A stretch of DNA of 64,000 nucleotides from a bacterium. GTDB taxonomy: Bacteria; Patescibacteriota; Patescibacteriia; UBA2196. The notes beneath the pieces are model-generated. The model saw only the letters and a list, made by a program, of their open reading frames with translations. It did no database searches and was not told where the DNA came from. Each line of letters opens with the position of its first letter. The stretch's first letter is position 1. The stretch covers positions 16,497 to 80,496 of the forward strand of contig DAOOQN010000003.1 in the NCBI GenBank assembly GCA_035388785.1. Reading direction: 5' to 3'. Both the position numbers and the translations under genes were made by a program. Positions 47,664-58,054 of the stretch are shown in pieces.

Positions 47664-49667
47664 TTGAAATTTATGAATATTACCGAATTGGCCCGTCAAG
47701 TTAATATGCCAACAGAAAAACTGCGCGACCTTTTGCCGCAGCTTGGTTTTGATGTGGGTCGTAAAGCCATTAAGGTGGATGATGTAGTGGCCTCAGAGAT
47801 TGTTGTAAAAATTAATGCTTATAGAAAAAAAGAAGATCTGGAAGAAAAAAATATTAATTTAAATACTGTTGAGCTGACACACAAGGAACTTGTCTCTGAG
47901 GAACACATCGTGGCTATTGGTGATATGATAATTGTTAAAGACTTGGCTCAAAAAATGAATTTACCAATTACACGCCTAGTTTTGGAATTAATGAAGAATG
48001 GAGTGATGGCTTCTTTAAATGATCACATTGATTATGAAACTGCGGCTATCATTGCCAACGATTTGGGTTGGCAGGTTGTTAAAGAGAATAAAGGAGAAAA
48101 TATTGATTGGGAAAAAATTAAAGAAGAACGGGAAATGTATTTTAAAGATGATCAGAAAAATTTAAAACCGCGACCGCCAGTGGTGGTTATTATGGGGCAT
48201 GTGGATCATGGAAAAACAAAACTTTTGGATGCTATTAGAGAGACCAATGTGGTGGCACAAGAAGCGGGTGGAATTACGCAACACATTGGTGCTTATCAGG
48301 TAGAAAAAAACGGGCAACCAATTACATTTATTGATACACCAGGCCATGAAGCTTTCTCTGCCATGCGTTCACGTGGAGCACAGGTGGCTGATTTGGCTAT
48401 TTTGGTGGTGGCGGCCGATGATGGAGTCCAGCCGCAGACTATTGAAGCAGTGTCGCATATCCGTTCGGCCGGTTTACCAATGGTAGTAGCAATTAATAAG
48501 GTGGATAAACCAGACATTAATATTGATAAAATTAAATCAGAATTGGCTGACATTGGTTTAACTCCAGAGGATTGGGGTGGTAAAACCATCTGTGTTAAAG
48601 TTTCAGCTAAAGACAAGATAAATATTGACGGCTTGTTAGAGACCTTGCTTTTGGTCTATGAGATGGAGAAAGATAAAATTCAAGGTAATCCCAATCGCGC
48701 GGCAGTGGGAACAATTATTGAAGCGCGGGTGGACAAGGGAGCTGGACCAGTGGCAACTTGTTTGGTCCAAACGGGCACTTTAAATTCTGATGATGTGATT
48801 AGGATTGGTAGTACAGTTAGTAAGGTGCGTGCCCTAAAAAATTGGCGCGGAGAAATGGTTATCGCAGCCGGGCCATCCATGCCAGTGCTGATCATGGGTT
48901 TAAAAACAGTTCCACAGGTGGGCGATATTTTATGTGAAGTGAGTGATAAAAAAGAAATTCGTCGATTGGGAAAAATTTCTGATCAACAAAAATATAAACT
49001 AATTTATAGTGAGCCAATTAAATTGACAACCGAGACAACTCAGGAAGAGGACACAGAAGATGGTGTAAAAAAGATTAATATTATTTTGAAGGCTGATTTT
49101 TTTGGTTCGGTGGAAGCAATTTTGGAGGCATTACAAAAAATGCAATATAAAAAAATTAAGATTGATGTGATTAAGAAGGGTTTGGGCAATATTAATGAAA
49201 GTGATATAGAAGAAGCTATGAATTTGAATGCTTTTTTAATTGGTTTTCATATTAAGATTGCACCCACAGCGACTATTTCTGCCGCTAACAACAAAACGAC
49301 AGTGTGTGTTTTTGACGTCATCTATGATTTAATAAATTTCGTTAAAGAACGAGCTGAAGAATTAGTGGTTCCAGAAATAACAATCAAACATTTAGGAAAG
49401 GCTAAAGTGTTAAAAATTTTCGTGACAGAAAAGAACCACCAGGTTTTGGGCGCCAAAGTTTTAGGCGGTAAAATTGTTACCAACGCAGAAGTAAATGTTT
49501 TTCATAATGATCAAATGGTGGCCAATGGGCAGGTGGCTGAATTACAATGCGGACGTCAGATTGTAACAGAAGCAGTTATTGACGAAGAATGTGGTTTAAA
49601 AATAAAGGGTTTAAAAAATATTCAAGCGGGTGATATATTGGAATTTTATCAGCAAGAAAAGAAATAG
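47664..49667 (+). CDS. infB: translation initiation factor IF-2
   Basis: G domain VVIMGHVDHGKTKLLDAIR, DTPGHEAF and NKVDK. 667 aa. Confidence 0.95.
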   Translation: MKFMNITELARQVNMPTEKLRDLLPQLGFDVGRKAIKVDDVVASEIVVKINAYRKKEDLEEKNINLNTVELTHKELVSEEHIVAIGDMIIVKDLAQKMNLPITRLVLELMKNGVMASLNDHIDYETAAIIANDLGWQVVKENKGENIDWEKIKEEREMYFKDDQKNLKPRPPVVVIMGHVDHGKTKLLDAIRETNVVAQEAGGITQHIGAYQVEKNGQPITFIDTPGHEAFSAMRSRGAQVADLAILVVAADDGVQPQTIEAVSHIRSAGLPMVVAINKVDKPDINIDKIKSELADIGLTPEDWGGKTICVKVSAKDKINIDGLLETLLLVYEMEKDKIQGNPNRAAVGTIIEARVDKGAGPVATCLVQTGTLNSDDVIRIGSTVSKVRALKNWRGEMVIAAGPSMPVLIMGLKTVPQVGDILCEVSDKKEIRRLGKISDQQKYKLIYSEPIKLTTETTQEEDTEDGVKKINIILKADFFGSVEAILEALQKMQYKKIKIDVIKKGLGNINESDIEEAMNLNAFLIGFHIKIAPTATISAANNKTTVCVFDVIYDLINFVKERAEELVVPEITIKHLGKAKVLKIFVTEKNHQVLGAKVLGGKIVTNAEVNVFHNDQMVANGQVAELQCGRQIVTEAVIDEECGLKIKGLKNIQAGDILEFYQQEKK

Positions 49668-49668
49668 T

Positions 49669-50007
49669 ATGCCTTATCGTCAGGAAAAATTGAATAGTAT
49701 TTTTGGTACACTTTTGCCGCAATTAATTGCGGAAGAAATTGAATTTCCAGCTAATTTATTAGTGACTATTAGCCGAGTGGATGTGGCACCAAATTTGCGT
49801 TCAGCTAAAGTTTGGGTTTCTTGCTGGCCTTTTGAAAAGTCTACTTTGGCCATAGAAATTTTACAAGCTAAACATCAATTTTTAATTGAACATTTAAATA
49901 GAAAAATTAAATTAAGAAAAATTCCATTATTATTATTTCGAATTGATGATAGTGAAGAGCTGGCAGAAAAAATTGAAAAAACAGTTGATATGTTAAAATT
50001 GTCATAA
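49669..50007 (+). CDS. rbfA: ribosome-binding factor A
   Basis: ANLLVTISRVDVAPNLRSAKVWVS matches RbfA. Start at the internal Met of ORF 49630..50007. Confidence 0.8.
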   Translation: MPYRQEKLNSIFGTLLPQLIAEEIEFPANLLVTISRVDVAPNLRSAKVWVSCWPFEKSTLAIEILQAKHQFLIEHLNRKIKLRKIPLLLFRIDDSEELAEKIEKTVDMLKLS

Positions 50008-50019
50008 GATCAAAATAAT

Positions 50020-50982
50020 ATGGACAAGTTTACGGGTCAAAAAATTTATAGAGAGATACAAAAGGCCAAGAATATTTTAGTAACGACACATGTGAGTAGT
50101 GATGGTGATGCGGTGGGAGTAACTTGGGCAATGGCTTATTTTTTAAAACAACTACAAAAAAAAAATACAGTTTTACTGCACGAAAAGATAAAAGATGAGT
50201 TTGATTTCTTGCCTTTTTTTGATGAAATAATCAATGCACCAAAAAAAATAATTATTGATGATTATGATTTAATTATAGTTTTAGATTGCGCTGATTTTAC
50301 TCGTTCAAATTTAGGTAGATATTTAAATTTTGATATCGATCATCCGTTAATTATCAATATTGATCATCATCCTAATAACCCTGAGTTTGGTGAAATAAAT
50401 TTAGTAATTAAGCAAGCATCCTCAACAGCAGAAATTGTTTTTGATTGGTTTAAACAGATTGATTTTAAGGTTGATAAAGCAGTTTCGGAAATGCTATTAT
50501 GTGGGATGGTCAGTGATACAGAAAGTTTTTCTAATGCTGCCACTAACCAAAATGTTTTACAACAAGCTAGTGAGTTGATGCAAAAGGGAGCCAATTTGAA
50601 TTTGATTGTAACTAAGGTTTTAAAAAATAAAAAACTAAGGCCGCTAAATTTTTTGGGCAAAGTCTTAACTAATATAAAATTTAACACTAATTTTAAACTG
50701 GCCAGCGCATTAATTACCAATCAAGACCTTGAAGATTTTGGTTTAAAAGAGGAAGAACTGAGTGGAGTGGCAAATTTTTTAAAGAATACAGAAGAAGGTG
50801 AAATATTTTTAGTGCTTAAAGAAACGGCTGATGGTTATATTAAAGGTAGTTTAAGGAGTAAGAAAGTTAATATTGAACCATTGGCTCAAGCTTTGGGTGG
50901 TGGAGGACACGAAAAATCCTCTGGATTTATACTTAAAGGAAAGTTAACACAGTTAGAGGATAAAAGTTGGCGAGTTGAATAA
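50020..50982 (+). CDS. nrnA: bifunctional oligoribonuclease / pAp phosphatase NrnA (DHH-DHHA1)
   Basis: [16 protein letters not shown] (DHH) and C-terminal [10 protein letters not shown] (DHHA1 GGGH). Confidence 0.8.
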   Translation: MDKFTGQKIYREIQKAKNILVTTHVSSDGDAVGVTWAMAYFLKQLQKKNTVLLHEKIKDEFDFLPFFDEIINAPKKIIIDDYDLIIVLDCADFTRSNLGRYLNFDIDHPLIINIDHHPNNPEFGEINLVIKQASSTAEIVFDWFKQIDFKVDKAVSEMLLCGMVSDTESFSNAATNQNVLQQASELMQKGANLNLIVTKVLKNKKLRPLNFLGKVLTNIKFNTNFKLASALITNQDLEDFGLKEEELSGVANFLKNTEEGEIFLVLKETADGYIKGSLRSKKVNIEPLAQALGGGGHEKSSGFILKGKLTQLEDKSWRVE

Positions 50983-51583
50983 AATATTATTAACTAATAA
51001 TCATATGCATTTAATTCCAACAGTTATTGAAAAATCTAGTTTTGGTGAGCGAGCTTATGATATCTATTCGCGTCTTTTAAAAGAAAGAATAATTTTTTTG
51101 GGCGGAGAAATTACCGATGATGTGGCCAATACTATTATTGCACAAATTCTTTTTTTGGAGTCAGAAGACAGTAAGAAAGATATTAAACTGTATATTAATT
51201 CCCCGGGTGGTTCGGTGACGGCTGGTTTGGCTATTTATGATACGATGCAATATGTAAAATGTAATGTACAGACAATCTGTGTGGGTATTGCCGCCTCTAT
51301 GGGTGCGGTGCTTTTAACAGCTGGTGAGCCAGGCAAAAGATTTTCTTTGCCCAATAGTGAAATTATGCTGCATCAGGTGATGGGTGGGGCAGAGGGACAG
51401 GCAATTGATATAAAAATACGAGCTGAACATATTTTAAAAATTAAAGACAAATTAAATAGAATTTTGGCCACACATACTGGTCAAACACTGGAAAAAATTG
51501 AAAAAGACTCAGATCGTGACTATTTTATGACGGCCGAGGAGGCAAAAAAATATGGTTTGGTGGATAAAATAGTTAAAAAATAG
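50975..51583 (+). CDS. clpP: ATP-dependent Clp protease proteolytic subunit
   Basis: [22 protein letters not shown]..., catalytic region [18 protein letters not shown], and ASMGAVLL. The true start may be the Met at about 51005. Confidence 0.9.
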   Translation: MNKILLTNNHMHLIPTVIEKSSFGERAYDIYSRLLKERIIFLGGEITDDVANTIIAQILFLESEDSKKDIKLYINSPGGSVTAGLAIYDTMQYVKCNVQTICVGIAASMGAVLLTAGEPGKRFSLPNSEIMLHQVMGGAEGQAIDIKIRAEHILKIKDKLNRILATHTGQTLEKIEKDSDRDYFMTAEEAKKYGLVDKIVKK

Positions 51584-51935
51584 TTAAAAGTGTATTGATA
51601 AAACCCGCTTACCGGCGGGTTTTATGTTTGCCAAAAAAACTAAAGTGTGCTATCATTAAGATATCAAAATTAATTATTTATGATCCTAAAAGGAAGTTGT
51701 TTGGTAATAGAAGCAAGAGGATTGAAGTGAGTAAAAAACGGCTAAAGTTAAAATAAATTTTTGTGACTGAAAAATTAAAGACAATTTATTTTAAAAATAA
51801 TACTAAAAAATATTAAATTTAGTGTTTTTTGGTAGGCCAAAATTTGGCCTTTTTATAAAACGTTTTTTGCTCTAGTAAAACTCCTCTTTTAGCCATAATT
51901 TTCTTTTAAGAATTATAGTTTAACGGGGAGTTTTT

Positions 51936-53447
51936 ATGTTTTTTTATTTATTTTTAGGGTTGGTGGTTGGTGTAGGCGCTGGTTATTTAATCCGGCGTTT
52001 AATTGCGACACAGATGGCACGTAATGCCGAAACCAAGGCTCAGCGAATTATTGAAGAAGCCAAGCAAAAATACCAAGATACTTTACTTAACGCACGCGAC
52101 AAAGCGTTAAAAATTATTGATGAAGCAAAACAGGAGGAACAAGAAAGACGACATGAACTGACTAGTATACAAAAAAGATTAGAAAAAAGAGAGTCCCTTT
52201 TTGATCAAAAGATCTTGGAATTTGAAGACAAAAAGCAACAACTTTTAGAAAAAGGCGAGAAGTTGGAGGCGGCCAAAAATGAAGTTTTAAAAATTAAAGA
52301 AGAACAATACGAAAAATTACAAAAAATTGCAGTTTTAACCAAAGAAGAAGCTCAGCAGGTTTTGTTAAATAACACTGAAAAAGATGTTAAAGAAGAGCTT
52401 TTATCTAGGGTAAGAAAAATTCAAAATCAGGCTAAAGAAGATTTGGAACAACAAGCCAAACATATTTTAAGCCAAGTGATTGAGCGGTGTGCTTCCAGCC
52501 ACGCGGCCGAGACCACCACCTCAACCATTACCTTACCAAGTGATGAAATGAAGGGACGTATTATTGGTCGTGAGGGTAGAAATATTAAGACTTTGGAAAA
52601 TCTTTTGGGTGTTGATATTGTGATTGATGACACTCCGGAGACTATTGTTGTTTCTGGTTTTTCACCTATCAGACGACAGGTGGCTAAAGTGGCGTTGGAA
52701 AAACTGATTGCTGACGGTCGTATTCATCCAGGCAGAATTGAAGAAACCATTGAACAGGCTAAAAAGGATATTGCTTTGGTTATAAAGAAGGCCGGAGAAG
52801 ACGCAGCTTATGAGGTGGGAGTGGCTGGACTCGATCCAAAGTTGATACAAATTTTGGGGCGTTTGAAATTTAGAACTTCTTATGGCCAAAATGTTTTACA
52901 ACATTCAATAGAAGTGGCACATTTATCAGCTTTATTGGCCACAGAGTTGGGTGCCAGCGTACCTTTGGCCAAAAAGGCCGGTTTATTACACGATATTGGT
53001 AAGGCAGTTGACCATGAGATGGAGGGCACACATCCTGAAATTGGTTATAATATCATGAAAAAGTTTGGGTTATCAGAGGAATTGGCCAGGGTTTCTTTGG
53101 AACACCATCAAGACCAACCAGAATCACTTTTGGGGGTAATTGCCAAGGTAGCTGATGCTATTTCTGGGGCCAGACCAGGTGCACGTAAAGACACCTATGA
53201 AAACTATATTCAACGTTTGTCTGAATTAGAAGATACAGCAAAAACTTTTGAAGGCGTGGAACGAGTTTATGCTATTCAGGCTGGTCGCGAGGTGCGGGTG
53301 TTTGTGGAACCACAAAAGATTGATGATTGGGCTGCGCAAAAATTAGCACGTGCAATTGCCAACAAGATTGAACAGGAATTGAAATATCCGGGTGAAATTA
53401 AGGTTAATGTTATTCGTGAGACCCGGGTAATTGAGTATGCCAGATAA
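51936..53447 (+). CDS. rny: ribonuclease Y
   Basis: N-terminal TM, coiled-coil, KH domain (GRIIGREGRNI) and HD domain (LLHDIGKA). 503 aa. Confidence 0.9.
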   Translation: MFFYLFLGLVVGVGAGYLIRRLIATQMARNAETKAQRIIEEAKQKYQDTLLNARDKALKIIDEAKQEEQERRHELTSIQKRLEKRESLFDQKILEFEDKKQQLLEKGEKLEAAKNEVLKIKEEQYEKLQKIAVLTKEEAQQVLLNNTEKDVKEELLSRVRKIQNQAKEDLEQQAKHILSQVIERCASSHAAETTTSTITLPSDEMKGRIIGREGRNIKTLENLLGVDIVIDDTPETIVVSGFSPIRRQVAKVALEKLIADGRIHPGRIEETIEQAKKDIALVIKKAGEDAAYEVGVAGLDPKLIQILGRLKFRTSYGQNVLQHSIEVAHLSALLATELGASVPLAKKAGLLHDIGKAVDHEMEGTHPEIGYNIMKKFGLSEELARVSLEHHQDQPESLLGVIAKVADAISGARPGARKDTYENYIQRLSELEDTAKTFEGVERVYAIQAGREVRVFVEPQKIDDWAAQKLARAIANKIEQELKYPGEIKVNVIRETRVIEYAR

Positions 53448-53558
53448 AAAATTGGCTATTTTAAATCAATTCTGCTATAATAAAGTTAAGATTAAAAATA
53501 ATTTATGAAATTCACTCTCTAATTTTTGGGGAGCAATTTCCTAAAAAAAGTTGAATTT

Positions 53559-53837
53559 ATGAATAAACCAGATATCATCAGCAATCTTGCTGAAAAACTC
53601 GCAGTGGAAAAAACCGCTGTGGAGAGAGTTTTAAGCGCCTTTGAGGAGTTGGTTATTGAAACATTGAAAAAGGGCGAAGAAATTTCATTAACTGGGTTTG
53701 GTACGTTTTCAGCTAAACACAGATCAGCGCGCATGGGCGTTAATCCTCAGAATCCAAGTGTAAAAATTGAAATTAAAGCAGTTACAGTACCAAAGTTTAA
53801 AGCTGGTAAGACCTTAAAGGATTCTTTGAAGAAATAA
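53559..53837 (+). CDS. hup: HU-family DNA-binding protein
   Basis: MNKPDII...GFGTFSAKHRSARMGVNPQN arm motif. Start at the internal Met of ORF 53526..53837. Confidence 0.85.
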   Translation: MNKPDIISNLAEKLAVEKTAVERVLSAFEELVIETLKKGEEISLTGFGTFSAKHRSARMGVNPQNPSVKIEIKAVTVPKFKAGKTLKDSLKK

Positions 53838-53854
53838 AATTTAAGTTAAGCAAT

Positions 53855-53888
53855 AAAAAATCTCGCTTTTAGGCGAGATTTTTTATTT
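53855..53888 (+). terminator. terminator TCTCGC-TTTTAG-GCGAGA plus T-run after hup
   Basis: Read directly from the sequence. Confidence 0.6.
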
Positions 53889-53960
53889 GCCCCGTGTAGG
53901 ATTCGAACCTACGACCACGTGCTTAAGAGGCACTTGCTCTACCAACTGAGCTAACGGGGC
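53888..53960 (-). tRNA. tRNA-Lys (anticodon CUU)
   Basis: Manual cloverleaf: acceptor GCCCCGT/ACGGGGC. Anticodon loop CTCTTAA. Confidence 0.75.
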
Positions 53961-54064
53961 GGGAATAACAGAAAGGAATAAGTTTTTGATAGCTGATCAA
54001 ATTCTAACTACTAAAGATATTTTACGTTAAAAAATAAAAAAAGCAAGACCAAAATTCGTAGGTA

Positions 54065-54136
54065 TGCCCCCGTCAGGATTTGAACCTAAAATTCTTGGTC
54101 CGAAGCCAAACGTGATATCCATTTCACTACGGGGGC
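54065..54136 (-). tRNA. tRNA-Arg (anticodon UCG)
   Basis: Manual cloverleaf: acceptor GCCCCCG/CGGGGGC. Anticodon stem TTTGG/CCAAG, loop CTTCGGA. Confidence 0.7.
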
Positions 54137-54158
54137 TGGGCCGGTGATAGATGGAAAA

Positions 54159-55193
54159 TTAGTCTTCCTTATCTTCAAGAAAACTTTTATAAATTTCTTT
54201 AGTAATTAGTTCTTGTTGCAATAGCTTTTTTAAAGCCTGATCGTTAGTTAACATACCCTCTTCACCCGAAGTTTGAATAACTGATTTTATTTGAGGAACT
54301 TTATTTTCACGAATTAGATTAGCAATGGCTGGATTATTGAGCATAATTTCCCTAACTGCGATGCGTTTACCATCGGGAGTGGGAATTAGGTGTTGGGAGA
54401 TAACAGCTTTGAGGGATAAAGAAAGTTGTAAACGTACCTGTTCCTGTTGGTGAGGGGGGAAAATATCAATAATACGATCAATAGTTTGGCCGGCATTGTG
54501 AGTGTGCAGAGTGGCAAAAACCAAGTGTCCAGTTTCAGCTAACGTTATGGTTGTAGCGATGGTTTCCAGATCGCGCATCTCACCCACCAAAAGCACGTTG
54601 GGGTCTTGTCTTAAGGCATGTTTTAAACCCTCAGCAAAAGATAACATGTCGCGTCCAAGCTGTCGTTGGGAGATAATTGACTTTTTGGGAGCGTAAACAA
54701 ATTCTATAGGATCTTCTAGGGTGACAATATTTTCTGAGCGTTCATTATTAATAAGTTCGATCATGGCAGCTAATGAGGTTGATTTGCCACAACCAGTGGG
54801 ACCAGTGACTAAAACTAAGCCTTGTTTGAGACGGGTTAAGTCATAAACAACTTCAGGCATGGCCAGGTCTTTCATATTAGGCGTGGTGGCTGGAATAATT
54901 CTGGCGGCTAAGGCTAGTTCATTTTTTTCAAAATAGCAATTGACCCGGAAACGTGAACCGTCACTAATTTCATAAGATGAATCTAATTCTTTTTCTTGGT
55001 TTAGACGTTCTTTTTGTGGCTCATTTAAAATTTTGTAAATTAAATCTTCTATTGTTTTTGAGTTTAATGTTTCCGCATCTTTGACCTGTTTTAACTCACC
55101 TTGGATTCTGAGGATAGGTGGCAGGTTGGTAATAAGATGAATATCGGAAGCACCTTTTTTTATGGCAAGAGAAAAAATTTGATCTAAATTCAT
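54159..55193 (-). CDS. pilT: type IV pilus retraction ATPase PilT
   Basis: Walker A VLVTGPTGCGKSTSLAAMI. PilT-type Asp and His boxes. 344 aa. Confidence 0.85.
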   Translation of the reverse strand: MNLDQIFSLAIKKGASDIHLITNLPPILRIQGELKQVKDAETLNSKTIEDLIYKILNEPQKERLNQEKELDSSYEISDGSRFRVNCYFEKNELALAARIIPATTPNMKDLAMPEVVYDLTRLKQGLVLVTGPTGCGKSTSLAAMIELINNERSENIVTLEDPIEFVYAPKKSIISQRQLGRDMLSFAEGLKHALRQDPNVLLVGEMRDLETIATTITLAETGHLVFATLHTHNAGQTIDRIIDIFPPHQQEQVRLQLSLSLKAVISQHLIPTPDGKRIAVREIMLNNPAIANLIRENKVPQIKSVIQTSGEEGMLTNDQALKKLLQQELITKEIYKSFLEDKED

Positions 55194-55377
55194 AGAATGT
55201 TAATTTAATATTTCCATCTCTATTATAACACAAATTTTAAATTGTGAGACAAATTTTTTATTTATAACGAATGCAGGTTATTTTTTTGCCAGCTTTTTTG
55301 TGATGTTTTTTTTGAGCCATTTTTTTCTTTTTATACATGCTGTTTTTTAATTAATAAATTTTGTCTGGTGGATTATC

Positions 55378-55450
55378 AGGTGTAGGTGGGAATCGAACCC
55401 ACGAATAACGGTTTTGCAGACCGTTGCCTTACCACTTGGCTACTACACCA
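55378..55450 (-). tRNA. tRNA-Cys (anticodon GCA)
   Basis: Manual cloverleaf: acceptor GGTGTAG/CTACACC. Anticodon stem ACGGT/ACCGT, loop CTGCAAA. Discriminator U. Confidence 0.8.
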
Positions 55451-55569
55451 GACAATCCAGCAAACATCGCTTATAGATTAGCAAAAATTTTTGTCTTTGA
55501 CAAATTAAAAATCGCTCAGTTTATTTTAGAGCGATTTTTAAATAGTTATATATTTATTGTAACAAGATG

Positions 55570-56073
55570 TTAATAGATTTCTATTTTTATATATTTGGAA
55601 CCAAAAATAATGGCACTTTCGCGATCTGGCATCCAAACATCGATACGATAATGATATTTTGAGTTCATGCGGTCTTCAACACTGAATATTTTGTCACCAT
55701 AGAGTTCTGGAATTTTTACCTTAGTACCAAAAGGTAAAAAATTAGCGGCAATAATACCATCGCGCACATGACTGCCATTAGCGGTGATAAAAGGTGTATC
55801 ATCACACTGATCAACTGTAGAGGAATAGGCGGTGGCGGTTATGTAGCGCACAATGCGTGGTTTTTTTTCTAAACTGGTGGGTAGTGTTGGATTAAGATTT
55901 TCTGAAACGTTTTTTGTACTGGTTAAAATGTATTGAACCGGACCGTCAGTGTTTGTTTTATAAAGCTCGGCAGCTAATAGGCTGTGAGGAAGGGTGCACT
56001 CAATAACAAAAATAAACAGGGCTGCCAAAAGCACCTTTTCAGCTATTCTTAGTTGTTTTATATAAAAATTCAT
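55570..56073 (-). CDS. 3D-domain (MltA/RlpA-like) cell-wall associated protein with N-terminal TM/signal
   Basis: YITATAYSSTVDQCDDTPFITANG is typical of the 3D domain. 167 aa. Confidence 0.6.
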   Translation of the reverse strand: MNFYIKQLRIAEKVLLAALFIFVIECTLPHSLLAAELYKTNTDGPVQYILTSTKNVSENLNPTLPTSLEKKPRIVRYITATAYSSTVDQCDDTPFITANGSHVRDGIIAANFLPFGTKVKIPELYGDKIFSVEDRMNSKYHYRIDVWMPDRESAIIFGSKYIKIEIY

Positions 56074-56187
56074 AGTATTAGATGTGCCTTATTATAGTAT
56101 GGAAATTTAAAAATCCTCTCTAGTCTAGGAGGATTTGCTTTCTCTACTTATAGAATTATTATAGCATAGGTGGCTAAAAAAGTCAAA

Positions 56188-57213
56188 TTAGGTTATCCAC
56201 ATAGCATCACCGAAACTATAAAAACGATAATGATTTTTTATGGCTTCGTTGTAGGTTTTTAGGATAGATTTTCTTCCGACTAGTGCCGAAACTAACATTA
56301 AAAGTGAAGATTTGGGTAAATGAAAATTAGTTATCAAGCTATTAATAAATTTAAATTTATAGCCTGGATAAATAAAGATATTTATTTCTTTGTGCGCCGA
56401 TTTTAAATAACCTTTTTTGTCACTCAATGCCTCTAGTGCCCGACAGCTGGTTGTCCCAACTGCTATAATACGCTGACACTCTTTTTTATATTTATTTAAT
56501 CTTTTGGCAGTGGCTTTATCTATGGCTACGTATTCTTTATGCATCTGATGTTCTTTAATGTTTTTTGTCTTGACTGGTTGAAAGGTTCCCAGACCAACGT
56601 GCAGGGTTATAAATTCTAATTGGACACCTTTTTTCTTTAAATTGGTTAGCAACTTGTGGGTGAAATGCAATCCGGCTGTGGGCGCTGCCACAGAGCCTTC
56701 TTTTTTGGCAAAAACAGTTTGATAAGCCTGTCTGGTTTTTTGTGTATCCTTGGTTTTTATGTAGGGTGGTAAGGGTGTTTGACCGTGGTGGTTTAAAAAA
56801 TTAGTTAATTTTTTACCATTTAAAACAAAATCCACTAAGCACTGACCATTAGCAAGTTTTTTTATAATTTTACCAACAGGGCCGTAATTAGCCAGAGTGA
56901 GGCTGGTATTTTCTGATATTTTGCCTTTAACCAAACAGCGCCAAGTATTTTTAGTAAATGGTTTTAATAAAAATATTTCTATTTTACCACCACTGGGTTT
57001 GGTTAAAATAAGACGCGCTGGAATGACTTTGGTGTTATTAAAAACTAGTACGTCATGAGGACCGAGGTAGTTTGGTAGATGATAAAAAAAATCAGACTGG
57101 GTGGTTTGATTTTGACGATTATAAATTAACAAACGTGAATGATCACGTGGCGTGGCTGGTTTTTGAGCAATTAATTCTTTGGGTAAATTGTAGTCAAAAG
57201 AAGACAACCTCAT
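56188..57213 (-). CDS. queA: S-adenosylmethionine:tRNA ribosyltransferase-isomerase
   Basis: MRLSSFDYNLPKELIAQKPATPRDHSRLL N-terminus is diagnostic. 341 aa. Confidence 0.9.
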   Translation of the reverse strand: MRLSSFDYNLPKELIAQKPATPRDHSRLLIYNRQNQTTQSDFFYHLPNYLGPHDVLVFNNTKVIPARLILTKPSGGKIEIFLLKPFTKNTWRCLVKGKISENTSLTLANYGPVGKIIKKLANGQCLVDFVLNGKKLTNFLNHHGQTPLPPYIKTKDTQKTRQAYQTVFAKKEGSVAAPTAGLHFTHKLLTNLKKKGVQLEFITLHVGLGTFQPVKTKNIKEHQMHKEYVAIDKATAKRLNKYKKECQRIIAVGTTSCRALEALSDKKGYLKSAHKEINIFIYPGYKFKFINSLITNFHLPKSSLLMLVSALVGRKSILKTYNEAIKNHYRFYSFGDAMWIT

Positions 57214-57806
57214 GTGTTTGCAACGTTTTCATTTATTTCTTCCTCTTCTTCTAGATCCGGATTGATACCCATGGCAATCATTTTGTGTTTTTTTTGTTGG
57301 ACTAGTTCCAAGATGTTTTTGCTGGTTTCATAGGGATTAGCAATTTCATCAAAAATAAAACGTGGGACTGAGCCAGCTGTCTGGACTGAGACGGTACCAA
57401 AATGTAATAAGGTGGGTAAAAAGCCCCTGACCTGTGAAGCAACATCTTGAACACGATACAAACGTAAAGCTGAGATGTTGCGAGAAAAGAGACCATTTTG
57501 TTCAATATCAACGATGCGTTCATTGGTGATGACTCCCACATCAAAATAATAGTCAATCCAGGCACGGAAAAAAAATGTTAAAATATAAATATAGTAAATA
57601 CTGGTTAAAAGATTAAGAATGATAGTAAGCGTACCGGCAGCTAAAAGTTCGGTGTACTGTTGTATTAAATAGTGTGCTAGCCAGGGTAGCAGTGAAAGCA
57701 CAAGATAGAAAAAAACAATTTTTAAAAAAACCCAACCATGCTTTCTTAAGATTAAAATAATTTTTTCGTTGGGTTCTTGGCCGGGAAAAAGAGTTTTGTA
57801 AGGCAT
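57210..57806 (-). CDS. membrane protein with bacterial PH-like (DUF304/YdbS-like) domain
   Basis: Two TM segments followed by a ~110-aa soluble domain. 198 aa. Confidence 0.4.
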   Translation of the reverse strand: MPYKTLFPGQEPNEKIILILRKHGWVFLKIVFFYLVLSLLPWLAHYLIQQYTELLAAGTLTIILNLLTSIYYIYILTFFFRAWIDYYFDVGVITNERIVDIEQNGLFSRNISALRLYRVQDVASQVRGFLPTLLHFGTVSVQTAGSVPRFIFDEIANPYETSKNILELVQQKKHKMIAMGINPDLEEEEEINENVANT

Positions 57807-57823
57807 ATAAAATTAATTAAAAT

Positions 57824-58042
57824 TTATAAAAGAGGCTGTGACCAATCTACCGAACTGGCATAGTGCCAAGAAGCTGTGATAACCACGACCAGAAGTATAA
57901 AATATAATCCCATCATAAAATAATTAGTACTTTCATCAAGACCAAAACGCCAGAGGTGATAAAAATTGAAAGTACTAAAGATTAGAAACATAAACATGAT
58001 GAGAAGATAGATGATTAGGATAACATAAAGTGAAATATTCAT
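57824..58042 (-). CDS. hypothetical small membrane protein (72 aa)
   Basis: Two hydrophobic segments. Weak evidence. Confidence 0.3.
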   Translation of the reverse strand: MNISLYVILIIYLLIMFMFLIFSTFNFYHLWRFGLDESTNYFMMGLYFILLVVVITASWHYASSVDWSQPLL

Positions 58043-58054
58043 GATATTTAAAAT

